A stretch of 64,000 nucleotides of DNA from Octopus sinensis. Lineage: Eukaryota. Below are positions 1-12,769 of the stretch, in pieces. The position numbers and the translations under genes are program-made. A model generated the notes under the pieces. That model was not told where the DNA came from. It saw only the letters and a program-made list of their open reading frames with translations, and searched no databases. The stretch lies in the NCBI RefSeq assembly GCF_006345805.1, contig NC_043004.1, positions 40,672,001 through 40,736,000 on the forward strand, read 5' to 3'. The first letter of the stretch is position 1, and every line of letters starts with the position of its first letter.

Positions 1-490
1 TTTTACTTGTTTAAGTCATTTGACTGTGGCCATGCTAGAGCACTGCCTTTAGTCGAGCAAATCGACCCCAGGACTTATTCTTTGTAAGCCTAGTACTTAT
101 TCTATCAGTCTCCTTTGCCGAACCGCTAAGTTACGAGGATGTAAACACACCAGCAAACGATGTTGTCAAACGATGTTGGGGGAACAAACGCAGATACACA
201 AACATATATACACACACGCACACACAAACACACACACACACATATATATATATATACATATATATATATACACACATATATATACATACATACATACATA
301 TATATATATATATACACATATATATGACGGGCTTCTTTCAGTTTCCGTCAACCAAATCCACTCACAAGGCTTTGGTCGGCCCGAGGCTATAGTAGAAGAC
401 ACTTACCCAAGGTGCTATGCAGTGGGACTGAACCCGGAACCATGTGGTTCATAAGCAAGCTACTTACCACACAGCCGCTCCTACACCTAT
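1..490 (-). mobile_element. tRNA-derived SINE, family A (internal CA/TA microsatellite, 3' tail ...TGACTGAAACAAGTAAAA)
   Basis: Minus strand has a tRNA-like head (GGCTGTGTGGTAAG, A-box-like; GGGTTCAGTCCC, B-box-like), a body, a microsatellite and a tail shared with many copies in the window. Confidence 0.85.
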
Positions 491-515
491 GTATATATAC
501 ATATATATTCTTTTA

Positions 516-954
516 TTCTTTTGTCCTTGTATTTGTTTCAGTCATCTGACTGCGGCCATGCTGGAGCACCACCTTAAGGAGTGTTTTAGCCAAACAAATT
601 GATTCCAGGACTTATTCTTTGTAAGCCTAGCACTTATTCTATCAGTCTCTTTTGCCAAACAGCTAAGTTACAGGTACGTAAACACACCAATATTGGTTGT
701 CAAGCGATGGTAGCGAGTACAAACATAAACACACAGATATATACACACATGCACACACACACACACACACACATACATACAGAGAAACATATACAACAGG
801 CTTCTTTCAGTTTCCATCTACCAAATCCACTCATAAGGCTTTGGTTAACCTGAGGCTATAGTAGAAGATACTTGCCCAAGGTGCTATGCAGTGGGACTGA
901 ACCCAGAACCATATAGTCGGGAAGCAAACTGCTTACCACACAGCCATGTGTGCA

Positions 955-958
<4 letters not shown>
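516..958 (-). mobile_element. SINE family A copy
   Basis: Colinear similarity to 1-490. Confidence 0.8.
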
Positions 959-992
<34 letters not shown>

Positions 993-1095
993 TAGATAGA
1001 TAGATACATACATACATACATACATGCATGTCTGTATGTATGTATGTATGTATGTATCCATGTATACATTCATAACATACATACATACATACATG

Positions 1096-1149
<54 letters not shown>

Positions 1150-1153
<4 letters not shown>

Positions 1154-2414
1154 GTCATCCCATAAATAATGCGGTTTTTTTCAATTACACGAACTAAAAG
1201 TCAGGTAGGGGATGGGATAAACTACCTGCATCAACTTGCTATAAAAGCAGGTCGTAATTTTACTTTGTACTTATTTTTAGTGAAAGTTTTGAAGAGTGCA
1301 GTTTGATTTGAGTAATTATTTTTTCAAAGCTATAATGGAAGTGACAAAGGAGCATATTTGGAATATTTTGCTTTGTGAGTTTAATAAAAGCAACAACAAA
1401 ACAGAAAGTACGAGGAATTTTAATGCAGTATATAGGGATTGGACAATAAGTGAAAACCAGTGTCAACAGTGGCTCCAGAAATTCCAAGCCGGAAACTACA
1501 GCCTAGAAGACAAGCCTCATCCTGGAAGATTGGTAGAGCTTGATGGGGACGTCCTGCCGACCCTGGAGGAATAAAATCCCATCATAACAGTTGAGGAACT
1601 AGCAGAGAAGCTTGGATTTTGGTCAGTCAACCATTCATCGACACCTGTATGCCATTGGAAAAGTCAGCAGATTGGGTTAATGAGTTTCTCATAAACTTTC
1701 TGAGTCTAATCACATGCATGGAGTGAATGTGTGCTCTTCTTTGCTGTCACATCTCACAAATAAACCTTTTTTGGACCAAATAGTGACTGGTGACAAGAAA
1801 TGGGTTCTCTATAAAAATGTCAAGCGCTGAAGACAGTGGGTAGGGAAAGAAAAAAATACTGGTACCCCATGCTAAAGAAGTTCTTCACCCACTTAAGGTT
1901 TTGTTATCTGTTTGGTGGGATACGAAAGGTTTAGTCCACTCTGAACTTTAAAACCCAAACCAAACAAGAACAAAGGAGATCTACTGTGAGCAGTTTGAGC
2001 AGCTTAAACGACCATTTTTAGTTTCAAGACGAAAGGTTTTCTTCCATCAGGATAAAGCTTGGCCACATACAGCGAGGATGACATTTCAAAAGCTGGAGGA
2101 GTTTGAATGGGAAACGATGCTTCACCCACCATAATTGCCGAACATTGCCCCATCATTTATTCCGCAGTCTTCAAAATCATTTGGACGGAATAAATATGAA
2201 TTCTGTAGATGAAGTCAGAACAGTACTGGAGGAGTATTTTCGTGACAGACAAGTGAATTCTGGAAGAGGGGCATTGCAAGTCTACCAGATAGATGAAAGA
2301 GCATTATAGAAAATGAAGGAGAATATATTTTAGATTCAAAAAGAACTTTGTTTATCTTAATTTTGAAAAATAAAAGAAGTATTAAAAAATTGCATTATTT
2401 ATGGGATGATCCAA
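1150..2414 (+). mobile_element. Full-length decayed mariner (Tc1/mariner) DNA transposon
   Basis: TIRs TTGGGTCATCCCATAAATAATGC (1150) and GCATTATTTATGGGATGATCCAA (ending 2414), with TA on both sides. Fragmented transposase: HTH region (ORF 1296-1574), VTGDKKWVLY near 1780, and a degenerate HQDKAWPH motif. Several stops and frameshifts. Confidence 0.9.
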
Positions 2415-2430
2415 TATATATATAGATATG

Positions 2431-2538
<108 letters not shown>

Positions 2539-3517
2539 CAATGGGATTCTTCCAGTTTCCATCTACCAAATCTGCTCACATGGCTATAGTAGAAGAGAGT
2601 TGCCCAAGGTGCCATACAGTGAGACTGAACCTAGAGCCAGTAGATGAGCTCTTTAACAAGTTGTTGATGCTGCTGCTGTTGCTGGTGTTGAGACCGCCTC
2701 TAAACACCACCCCTTGTCAGTTTTGAACATGCAGACCTTTGATCAAGGGTTTCAGTCTTGTCCCCACTTGATTTACTTTTACAGACAAAATGTATCTAGG
2801 GCTTTTCCTTTTAGCATTTTATTTTTCATAGACATTAAAAAGAAAAATTTGGCTGCTACTTTTAGCAGATTGAGCAACTTTGCAGAGACTTCTCTTGCTG
2901 GTTGTAACATATTTGATTTTTGAGCTTAAGCAAATCTGTTCATCCTTTGATATATATATATATATATATATAATATATATATGAAGCCAGGCAAACTGAT
3001 CAGGCAATCATAATATATGTAAATAATTAAATATCTTGGTTCCGAATTGACTAAACCTTTACAAATCATCTGTCATTTAGTTAAAAATGCTTTAGATACA
3101 CGATCAGACGCTATTATTGATTTCGATTCAAAGGAAAATACCAACAAACTCAGAAACTATACAACTAAGCAGCAAACCAGTGAACCATCAAATTAAACAA
3201 ACCGAGACACACCAAGAAGCCATGCAGTCATAATGGTGTAACCTCTAAAACAGCAAAATTTTAATGGAAATTACAATGGACAATCAATGAACTCAGGAGA
3301 GGCTTCACTGTTACAACTACTATTGAAACCACCACCAACAAGACTATCAGCACCAGCACAAACACCACCACCATAAATCCTGCTAAAAACACTGTCATTC
3401 TGTTCTTACCATCCCCAACGAGACTACAGATGTGCATGAGCAGTTCAGTTGTCATGAGGAGCGACGAAGGAAACGTTTTGGAATCTTTACTCTTCATCTG
3501 GATTGTAGGGTAACGCT

Positions 3518-3915
3518 CTTTACTCTTTACTCTTTTACTTGTTTCAGTCATTTGACTGCGGCCTTGCTGGAGCACCGCCTTTAGTCAAAGAAATCGACCC
3601 CCGGGACTTATTCTTTGTAAGCCTAGTACTTATTCTATTGGTCTCTTTTGCCGAACCGCTAAGTGACGGGGACGTTGACACACCAGCATCGGTTGTCAAG
3701 CGATGTTGGGGGACAAACACAGACACACAAGCATATACACACACACATACATATACATATGTACGACAGGCTTCTTTCAGTTTCCGCCTACCAAATCCAC
3801 TCACAAGGCTTTGGTCAGCCCGAGGCTATAGTAGAAGATACTTGCCCAAGGTGCCATGCAGTGGAACTGAACCCAGAACCATGTTACTTACCACACAGCC
3901 ACTCCTGCACCTATT
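3518..3915 (-). mobile_element. SINE family A copy
   Basis: Colinear with 1-490. Confidence 0.85.
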
Positions 3916-3939
3916 AAATGTGTAAAAAAAAGACTCTCT

Positions 3940-4262
3940 TCAATCATGAACGACTATGGGATGACACCTAGAAAGTTACCCTCCAAGGCACAAATCTGAG
4001 TAAGGTTGTTTATGGAAGACCAGCAGAGGCCATGCATACCAGCCCCACCTCTCCACCCCACCGATGTTATCCAAGGGAAAGGCAAAGGCTGATACAATTT
4101 GGTACCAGTGGTGTTTCAACTCATTGCTACAGCTGAATGAACTGGAGCAATGTAAAATAAAGTGTCTTGCTCAAGAACACAACACACAGCCTGGTCTGGG
4201 AATCAAACTCACTACCTCATGTTTGTGAGCCCAATGCTCTAAGCACTGAGCCATGCACCTTC
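3940..4262 (-). mobile_element. tRNA-derived SINE, family C
   Basis: Reverse complement of the 5010-5392 element (head TGGCTCAGTGCTTAGAGC). Confidence 0.7.
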
Positions 4263-5009
4263 ACAACTAGCGAATAGGTACAGCTTGGTAATATGTACCA
4301 TGCTTTTGTTTTAGGTGTCTGTGTAGCTATTTAGTAGACATAAGCACCCTCTTGACCCTCGCATCCTTTGGCCAAGCAGCACATTCAGTATATGACAGCT
4401 GGAAGAAAAGAGAGCAGCCCCAGCACTAGGGCAGTACTTATTTTCTGCTGGGTCAGCTTGAATAACGGGAAATGAAGTGCCTTGCTCAAGGAGACACTAT
4501 GCTACCCCATCCAGAAATTGAACTCCTGACATCAAGCACTCTAACCACTAGGCCACACATCCTCACATTAGGGCAGTTAAAGACAATAATTTAAATTTGA
4601 GTCAAAGGAAGGGCAGCATCCATGTGTCTCCTCCTCGGGGCTAGAAAACTGATGGGAGGCAGTGAGAAATCATTCCCAAATTGGACACCAAGCCTAAAAG
4701 CTAGCTATAAAATGGACTCCACTAACAGAACTCAAAAGGTAGTTTCTGGTGTTGCACCTAGCAACAGATTAAAGAACAATTCCTCCATTGTGTAAGTGCA
4801 GGAACAAAATTTGCCTAAGGGGTGCAAACCCAGTTTTACAGAAGGATGTTCAAAGCATTTTCATTGCACCCACAAAACACATTTTAGGACATGTGTTTGC
4901 ACCCCCTACTCTTCCTCTTCCCAAGCCTATGTCCAAGTGTGCTTCCACATGGTTTTTTGGTGACCAAATTTCTCTTACCAATTACTAACTGCTGTATTTC
5001 CTAACCTGT

Positions 5010-5392
5010 GAAGATACATGGCTCAGTGGTTAGAGCAGTGGGCTCACAATCATGGGATAGCGAGTTCAATTCCTGGACCAGGCTGTGTATTGTGTTCTTG
5101 AGCAAAACACTTTATTTCACGTTGCTCCAGTTAACTCAGCTGTAGAAATGAGTTGTGACATCACTGGTGCCAAGCTGTATCGGCCTTTGCCTTTCCCTTG
5201 GTCAACATCGGTGGCATGGAGAGGGGAGGCTGGAATGCATGGGAAACTGCTGGTCTTCCATAAACAACCTTGCCTGGAATTGTGTAATGGAGGGTACCTA
5301 TCTAGGTGCAATTCCATAGTCATTCATGACCGAAGGTGGTTTTTACCCTTTATTTCCCAGCATTGCAGATATTCCAACCCTGAAGACAATGT
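5010..5392 (+). mobile_element. tRNA-derived SINE, family C
   Basis: A box TGGCTCAGTGG and B box GAGTTCAATTCC, followed by TTGAGCAAAACACTTTATTTCACGTTGCTCCAG shared with 43371, 10430-10725 and 19900-20075. Confidence 0.8.
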
Positions 5393-6106
5393 AGGCCCAA
5401 TTTTGGTTATAAAATGCTAGAAAGAAAGAGAGAAACATGGACTGGACATTTGTGCACATATTTCACTCAGATATTTCATTAGGGCCTTAGTTACCAATGA
5501 TCCTGTTGATCATTTATAGTCTTCAGAAATGCAATAAGTTTATTGCAGACAAACCTTCCTTTGGGCAATAAAATTGGCTTATGAAAAAATAATACACCTT
5601 CCTGTGGATGACAGAGTAAATATTTTCATGAAATATTTTAGTAAAAAAGCAAAAAAAGTTTGCCTTATTTTTTCTAATGGTGGAGCTTGAAGCAGATAAA
5701 GCTTGTAGAGTTGTTGAGTTAAAAAAATTCTTTGATGGAAAATGTGGAAGGCTATCACACAGACAATTTTCATTGATGATGGTGGTGGTGGTGGTGGTGG
5801 TGGTGGTGGCGGCGGCAGCAATGATGATGATGATTCTTGAACCAACAATCAATGCTTAAAGCAGTAGAACTATGGTATTTGTCAAGAATGTGCGAATGTT
5901 CTGGCTAAAAATCAAATATATACACACATACACATACACACATAATTAAATTTGGAGAAAGGAGGAGAAATGGAATGGAAAGGGTAGAAGGAGGAGAAGG
6001 AGAGGAGGGAGTGAGAGTAGTGGGCAGAGACAGGAGCAGGGGAGGAGGTGGAGGAGGAGGAAAAGAAGTTTGTCTTTGTTTCTTCTATTCATATATCAGA
6101 TGGGGT

Positions 6107-6475
6107 GGATGTGCAATGGCCAAGTGATTAGGGCAGCAGATTCTTGGTCATAGGATCGCGGTTTCGATTCCCAGACCGGGCATTGTAAGTGTTTATTGAG
6201 TGAAAACACCTAAATCTCCACGAGGCTCCGGCAGGGTGTGGTGGCAAACCCTGCTGTATTCTTTCACCATAACTTTCTTCCTGTTTCTGTTGTCCCTGTA
6301 TTTCAAAGGGCCAGCCTTGTCACTCCGTGTCACACACTGAATCTCTCCGAGAACTACATTAAGGGTACACGTGTCTGTGGAGTGCTCAGCCACTTGCACG
6401 TTAATTTCACGAGCAGGCTGTTCTGTTGATCGGATCGACTGGAACCCTTGTTGTCATATCCAACAGAGTGCCATG
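6107..6475 (+). mobile_element. tRNA-derived SINE, family B
   Basis: Head TGGCCAAGTGATTAGGGCAG...GGTTTCGATTCCCAGACC and body AAAACACCTAAA...CCACGAGGCTCCGGCAGG, shared with 18698, 34083, 55590 and 58412. Confidence 0.8.
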
Positions 6476-6609
6476 ATATCAGATGGGCTTGAACTCATTC
6501 ACGCTCCCCTACCACCCAGATCTTGAGAAATGACCCCACCTCTTCCAAACAGTTACACACACATGCACACACAAACACACATGCACATACTCACACACAC
6601 ACACACACA

Positions 6610-7025
6610 CACCCATAACGCACATTCACAAACACATACCCACTGCTACACCCAAACACACACTCACACAGATACACTCAATCACTCACACACACACACA
6701 CATACACATACTCACACACACACACCCATAAAGCACATTCACAGACACATACCCACTGCTACACCCAAACACACACTCACACAGATACACTCAATCACTC
6801 ACACACACACACACATACACATACTCACACACACACACCCATAAAGCACATTCACAGACACATACCCACTGCTACACCCAAACACACACTCACACAGATA
6901 CACTCAATCACTCACACACACACACACATACACATACTCACACGCACACACCCATAAAGCACATTCACAGACACATACCCACTGCTACACCCAAACACAC
7001 ACTCACACAGATACACTCAATCACT

Positions 7026-7056
<31 letters not shown>

Positions 7057-7300
7057 ATACTCACACGCACACACCCATAAAGCACATTCACAGACACATA
7101 CCCACTGCTACACCCAAACACACACTCACACAGATACACTCAATCACTCACACACACATGCACACACACACACATACACATACTCACACGCACACACCCA
7201 TAAAGCACATTCACAGACACATACCCACTGCTACACCCAAACATACACTCACACAGATACACTCAATCACTCACACACACATGCACACACACACACACAC
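6610..7300. repeat. Minisatellite, six units of 113-123 bp built on a CA microsatellite
   Basis: CACCCATAA anchors at about 6610, 6723, 6836, 6949, 7072 and 7195. The unit core (AAGCACATTCACAGACACATACCCACTGCTACACCCAAAC...CAGATACACTCAATCAC) is nearly identical between units. Confidence 0.95.
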
Positions 7301-7573
7301 ACACATAATCATGCATAATCACTCATATACAGGCACACAATCACTCACATACACACACAATCTCAGACATACACACAGAGGCAGTAGAAATTAATAAGTT
7401 TATGCAACAAAAGAAAATGGAAGACAACTAACTACATGTACAGAGACATAACGATGAGGTAATTAAATTAATTATCTGTTGACTAAATCAATTAATATTT
7501 GAACTGTGTTACACCACACCTCTATAATTAAAGATATTCCTTAATATATGTTGCAAAAATAAAAGGAAGAAGG

Positions 7574-7765
7574 TGGTGGTGGTGGTGGTGGTGGTGGTGG
7601 TGGTGGTGGTGGTGGTTGTGATGGTGGTGGTCGTGGTCGTGGTGGCAATAATGATAACAAAGACGATGAGGATGATGACAATGATGATGATGATGATGAT
7701 GATGATGATAACGACAACGACAATGATGATGATGGTGATGCTGATGACGAGGAGGAGGCGGAGGA
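7574..7765. repeat. Compound trinucleotide microsatellite (GGT)n/(GAT)n
   Basis: Directly visible. Confidence 0.95.
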
Positions 7766-8139
7766 TCGTAATTTCATTGGCTCAGTGTCAAGAGTTGTTT
7801 CTTTATTAACCTATAAGTCACCGTTCAAGTCTTCATTAGGAGAATTTGTAGTAGTAGTTTTTATTTATCCCTCCTCCTGATAAGTCTTGAACAAGATAGC
7901 AAACCATCCAATCTTTTTATGCATATCTAATACTACATTGTTCAGGGTATACATCCCCCTTTTTTATCTATAAAACTGGAGGATGTTATTTTAAGGGAGT
8001 TTTGATTGCCATTTCTAGCAAGCTGAGTGGTCACATTGAGGCTCCTTCACATTAATTCAAGGATATGTAGTTGTATAAGTACATATTTTCTGTTAAGGAT
8101 ATTTCCTCTTAAAGTAGTCTTAAGCAGTGATGGAGCAAT

Positions 8140-8640
8140 TAGTATTTTTAGTATTCAGTGAACAAATTCTTACCATTCTTTCAGTTTTTTGTAATTCAGG
8201 CTGCCTCATGTTCTCGGCAGACAAAATGGAAAAGGCATTGCCCCAGATGATGGCAAGGGAGATGCACTGGAACAGCCACTCTGACTCACAGGGCTCACAC
8301 TTGCAAACAGCCATCTCTGTCTGATAATGGTGAGCAGAGGCCAAGAACACCAGAGGTCTCCGTTGCCACAGGCTTGACCATAAACCTTTTAGAGAGTGAC
8401 TGATTCTTTGACAGTTTGCTTTCCTCAACTTGATGAGCAGTGAAGCCTATGGTGATAGCTGAACACACCAAGCTTCCACTGGAGGTATCACAGCATGAGG
8501 TATCACAGATGAGGGGGCCTACTGCTATGGAACTAGAACTGGAATTATCTAAGTTACTAGTATACCAGACTGACCAATCAAACGGTTGGCAGTTTGTATC
8601 ATGTGATCAGTATTAAGCTGTCTATGGCAGGTTGGAAGAG
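8140..8640 (-). mobile_element. Decayed 3' end of a CRE-like non-LTR retrotransposon (restriction-like endonuclease region)
   Basis: Stitched minus frames read ...FMVKPVATETSGVLG... and ...ESEWLFQCISLAIIWGNAFSILS. This resembles the F.P.A.ET.G..G ... WL.QRISLAI.RGNA.SIL C-terminus of CRE-type elements. Confidence 0.55.
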
Positions 8641-8849
8641 TCCAAAGGAGTATTGGGTAGAACACCTTATGGTTCTTGCTTCAACTTCCTACACATGGAG
8701 CTAAAGTCTCACGGAGGCCAATTTACCTTTCATCCCCTTGGAGTTGATTAAATAGTACAAATCCAGGGTACTGGATTGGTAGAACTGTTAGGGAGCCAAA
8801 CAATATCTTCCATTTTCTTCCATCTTTTCCAGAATCAGATTAAAGTAAT

Positions 8850-9895
8850 ATTGGTGTCAAATTTTGGCACAAGACCAGCAATTTTGAGGGAGGGGCAAGT
8901 TGATTATATCAACCCCAGTGCTCAACTGATAATTATTTTATTTACCCCAAAAAGACGAAAGGCAAAGTTGACCTCAGTAGAATTTGAACTCAAGACATCA
9001 AGATGGATGAGGTGCTACTATGCATTTTGCCAAGTGTGCTAATAGCTCAGCCAGCTCTCCACTTTCAAATAATAGTTTCAAATTTTGACACAGAACCAGC
9101 AGTTTTCCTTTTTTGGTTTTTTAAGGGGAGGGGGCAAGTAGATTACAGCAACACCAGTGCTTTATCAACACTAAAAAGATGAAAAGTAAAGTCGACTTTG
9201 GTAGAATTTGAACTCAGAATGTAAGGATGAACAAAATGCCAGTAAGCACTTTTGGCCAATGTGCTTATGTTTCTGCCAGCTTGCCACCTTAGATTTTTTA
9301 AAGCTGGATATTTATTCTATTGGTTTCTTCTAAGGACGTAAACACACCAACACCGATTGTCAGGAGATGGTTGGGGGACATACATATATAGATGGACGAC
9401 AGGATTCTTTCAGTTTCCGTCTACCAATGTTGGTTTTGAACCTCAGTACAAGGCCAGCAGTTTTCAGGGAGGGAGAAAGTATGATTACATCGACCCCAGT
9501 GTTCAACTGGTAACTTATTTTATTGATCCCTAAAGGATGAAAGACAAAGTCAACCTCAGTAAAATTTGAAATCAAAATGCAAAGACAGATGAAATACCAC
9601 TTAAGCAGCTTGCCCTATTGTGTTAACGATACTGCCAGCTCACTGCCTTATTAGGGTAAAGTAATATTAGTCATTAGTAAAGTAGCTGGGTGGCAGAATT
9701 GTTACCATATCAGACAAAATGCTAAGCGGTATTTCTTCCAACTTTATGTTTTGAATTCAGCTATCACCAGGTTCAACTTTGCCTTTTGTCCTTTCAAGGC
9801 TGACAAAAATAAGTACCAGTTGAACAGTGAGTAATTAACTTGACCCCTTCCACGAAATTGCTGGCCTTGTGCCAAAATTTGAGACCAATATTAGT
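8850..9895. mobile_element. Cluster of decayed family D SINEs (three minus, one plus) with a family A fragment
   Basis: Repeated ACCCCAGTG...AAAGTCGACCTCGGCAGAATTTGAACTCAGA-like motifs match the 11857-12090 copy. Confidence 0.7.
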
Positions 9896-10000
9896 CATCA
9901 GTCTTCCTTATAACATAAGTATTTTAACTTACTACCGTAGCACCCATTAAAAATGATAGGGTTTGTTTCGATATGGAATGAACATTTATTTAACACTTTA

Positions 10001-10392
10001 GGTGTAGGAGTGGCTGTGTGGTAAGTAGCTTGCTTACCAACCACATGGTTCCAGGTTCAGTCCCACTGCATGACACCTTGGGCAAGTGTCTTCTACTATA
10101 GCCTTGGACCGACCAAAGCCTTGTGAGTGGATTTGGTAGATGGAAACTGAAAGAAGCCCGTCGTATATATGTATATGTGTGTATGTTTGTGTGCCTGCGT
10201 TTGTGCCCCCAACATCGCTTGACAACCGATGCTGGTGTGTTTATGCCCCCATAACTTAGTGGTTTGGCAAAATAGACCGATAGAATAAGTACTAGGCTTA
10301 CAAAGAATAAGTTCTGGGGTCAGTTTGCTTGACTAAAGGCAGTGCTCCAGCATGGCCACAGTCAAATGACTGAAACAAATAAAGGAGTAAAG
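10001..10392 (+). mobile_element. SINE family A copy
   Basis: Full head-body-microsatellite-tail structure. Confidence 0.85.
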
Positions 10393-10791
10393 AATTTTAT
10401 TGCAGAAAGCAGATATAACTGCCACTCGGCTGGTTAGAATGATGAGGGTTCCAGTTGATCCAATCAATGGAACAGCCTGCTTGTGGCTGAGTACTCCACA
10501 GACACGAATACCCTTATGTAGTTTTCAGGGAGATTCAGTGTAACACAGAGTGTGATAAAGCTGACCCTTTAAAACACAGGTACTACTCATTTTTGCCAAC
10601 AGAGTGGACTGGAGCAACATGAAATAAAGTGTCTTGCTCAAGGAGACAATGCACCACCGGTTTTTGAACTCACAACCTTATGATCATGAGCCGAATACCC
10701 TAACTGCTAAGTCACACATCTTCACAGAAAGCAGATATACCCACTCAAAATTTCTTTACTCTTAACTGTTGCAAACAGTCTTATATATTAA

Positions 10792-11185
10792 CTAGCACTG
10801 TGGCCCGGTGTTGCCGGGTCTACTTCTAGTGCTTGTTCGCTGCCGGGTCGCAGTAAAAATTTCTCACTAAATCAAGAGCTAAGTTCCTTATCACATTTCA
10901 GCCCTGGCCAGTTTTGTTGTTAATGAGCTAGCTGAAGCTTTTTATGAGAGTAATTAATATTCATTGGACTTCGGCAATGCCCATAACTTTTGGTCATAAG
11001 GGGTCGGTTTATCGATTTTTTTAATGGCTTTCTGGGGTGACTTGGGGAAATGAAAAGATCTTCACGACCACCCTCAGACAGTTTTGAAAGCCCATAGAAA
11101 ATGCGAGCCTTTTACATGAAAAACAGTGGATTTGTATAAAGGACACACAGACACACAGACATTTTGCCGTTTATAGATATAGAGA
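10792..11185 (-). mobile_element. Non-autonomous Helitron
   Basis: Minus strand starts A|TC and ends ...ACCCGGCAACACCGGGC (hairpin) ...CTAG|T. It has an internal (CTGTGT)n tract. A related copy lies at 45517-45862. Confidence 0.75.
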
Positions 11186-11856
11186 TCTATCTTTTATAAA
11201 GAAACGTTATATTTGAAACTAATTTTTGTTGATATATGTCATGTTTATTGAAGCAACGTGACATACAGACATACAATTCTATACTTTGGTCGATATTGAA
11301 CATCATTACTGGAATAACCATAAAATTTAATATCACAGTATAAGGATTAATAAATGCAAACATTTATTTTGGTATAAAAATATTTAATGTAATAATTCTT
11401 TAGTTACAATATTTGTTATAAAACTTGAATCCGTGATTTTTTTCATGACCTTTATAAACTTCAGTCTCACCATCAACACCATTGTCGTTTTAATGTCCAC
11501 CATTCTATGTATTCCATGTATTCGGACAAGATTTGTTGAGGCAGATTTAACTCTCATTTGTTTCCAAGATAATGTTTCTCCGTCAGTGGATGTGTTTTCG
11601 CAGAATATTGGAAACAAATGATGCCACTTGTATGGCAGTGGCACTCAATCATGACTCTCACACAAAATTAAGACAAGAGGGTACAACACGCAGATGAATA
11701 TACACACACACGCACACACTTTAACATGTATATACATACACTAACACACACAAACACACACACACATATATATACATACATACAACGTGCTTCTTTCAGT
11801 TTCCATCAACCAAATCCACTCACAAGCCTTTGGTCACCCTGTTGCAACAGAAGAAG

Positions 11857-12090
11857 GCGGCGAGCTGGCAGAATCGTTAGGACACTGGGCGAAATGCTTA
11901 TCGGTACTTTGTCTGCCGTTACGTTCTGAGTTCAAATTCCGCCGAGGTCGATTTTGCCTGTCATCCTTTCGGGGTCGATAAATTAAGTACCAGTTACACA
12001 CTGGGGTCGATGTAATCGATCTAATCCCTCTGTCTGTCCTTGTTTGTCCCCTCATTGTTTAGCCCCTTGTGGGCAATAAAGAAATAAGAA
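11857..12090 (+). mobile_element. tRNA-derived SINE, family D
   Basis: Head GGCGAGCTGGCAGAATCGTTAG...GAGTTCAAATTCCGCCGAGGTCG; many related copies in the window. Confidence 0.8.
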
Positions 12091-12304
12091 TATACTTGGC
12101 CAAAGTGTCACATAACACTGCACAACAAAGATTTTCCAACTGGGGCAAAAGCATGTGTTTAAGACTAAATAAAGGATGCTAATTCCGAATCCACACTCAG
12201 AATTGTTCTAGCATGTCAGGATTTCGAGCTATATGCATGCACAAGATTATAACTATACTCTCAGCTAGATATAGGCCTTATTATAAAATTTGCTAAAATA
12301 AAAG

Positions 12305-12680
12305 TTTGTGCAGGTGGCACGTTAAGCACACTATTCGAGCGTGATCATTACTGCGTCGCCTTACTAGCACTTGTGCTGGTGGCATGTGAAACAGTTGAGC
12401 AAGGATGTCACCAGTGCTGCTGGATTGGCTCCTGTGCAGGTGACACATAAAAAGCACCATTTGGACGTGGCCATTGCCAGCACCATGAAACTGGCCCTCA
12501 TGCCAGTGGCACGTAAAAGCACCCACTACATTCTCGGAGTGGTTGGCATCAGGAAGGGCATCCAGCTGTAGAAACTCTGCCAGATCAGATTGGAGTCTGG
12601 TTCGCCAGACCTCAGTCAAATCGTTCAACCCATGCTAGCATGTAAAATGGACGTTAAATGATGATGATGATGATGATGAA
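12305..12680 (+). mobile_element. 5'-truncated RTE 3' end (hairpin-unit array plus terminal segment and (GAT)n tail)
   Basis: Four or five GGTGGCACGTAAAAGCAC-like units, then CACTAC..CTCGGAGTGGTTGGC...GGACGTTAAA(TGA)n. Closely similar to 57640-58030. Confidence 0.75.
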
Positions 12681-12769
12681 AGTGGTCTTAATTCAAAATT
12701 AAAGAAATAACAGCAATAAAACAAATGATAAGAAAGTTCATTATTTAGTTTAGCAATAGATGGCGCTGA

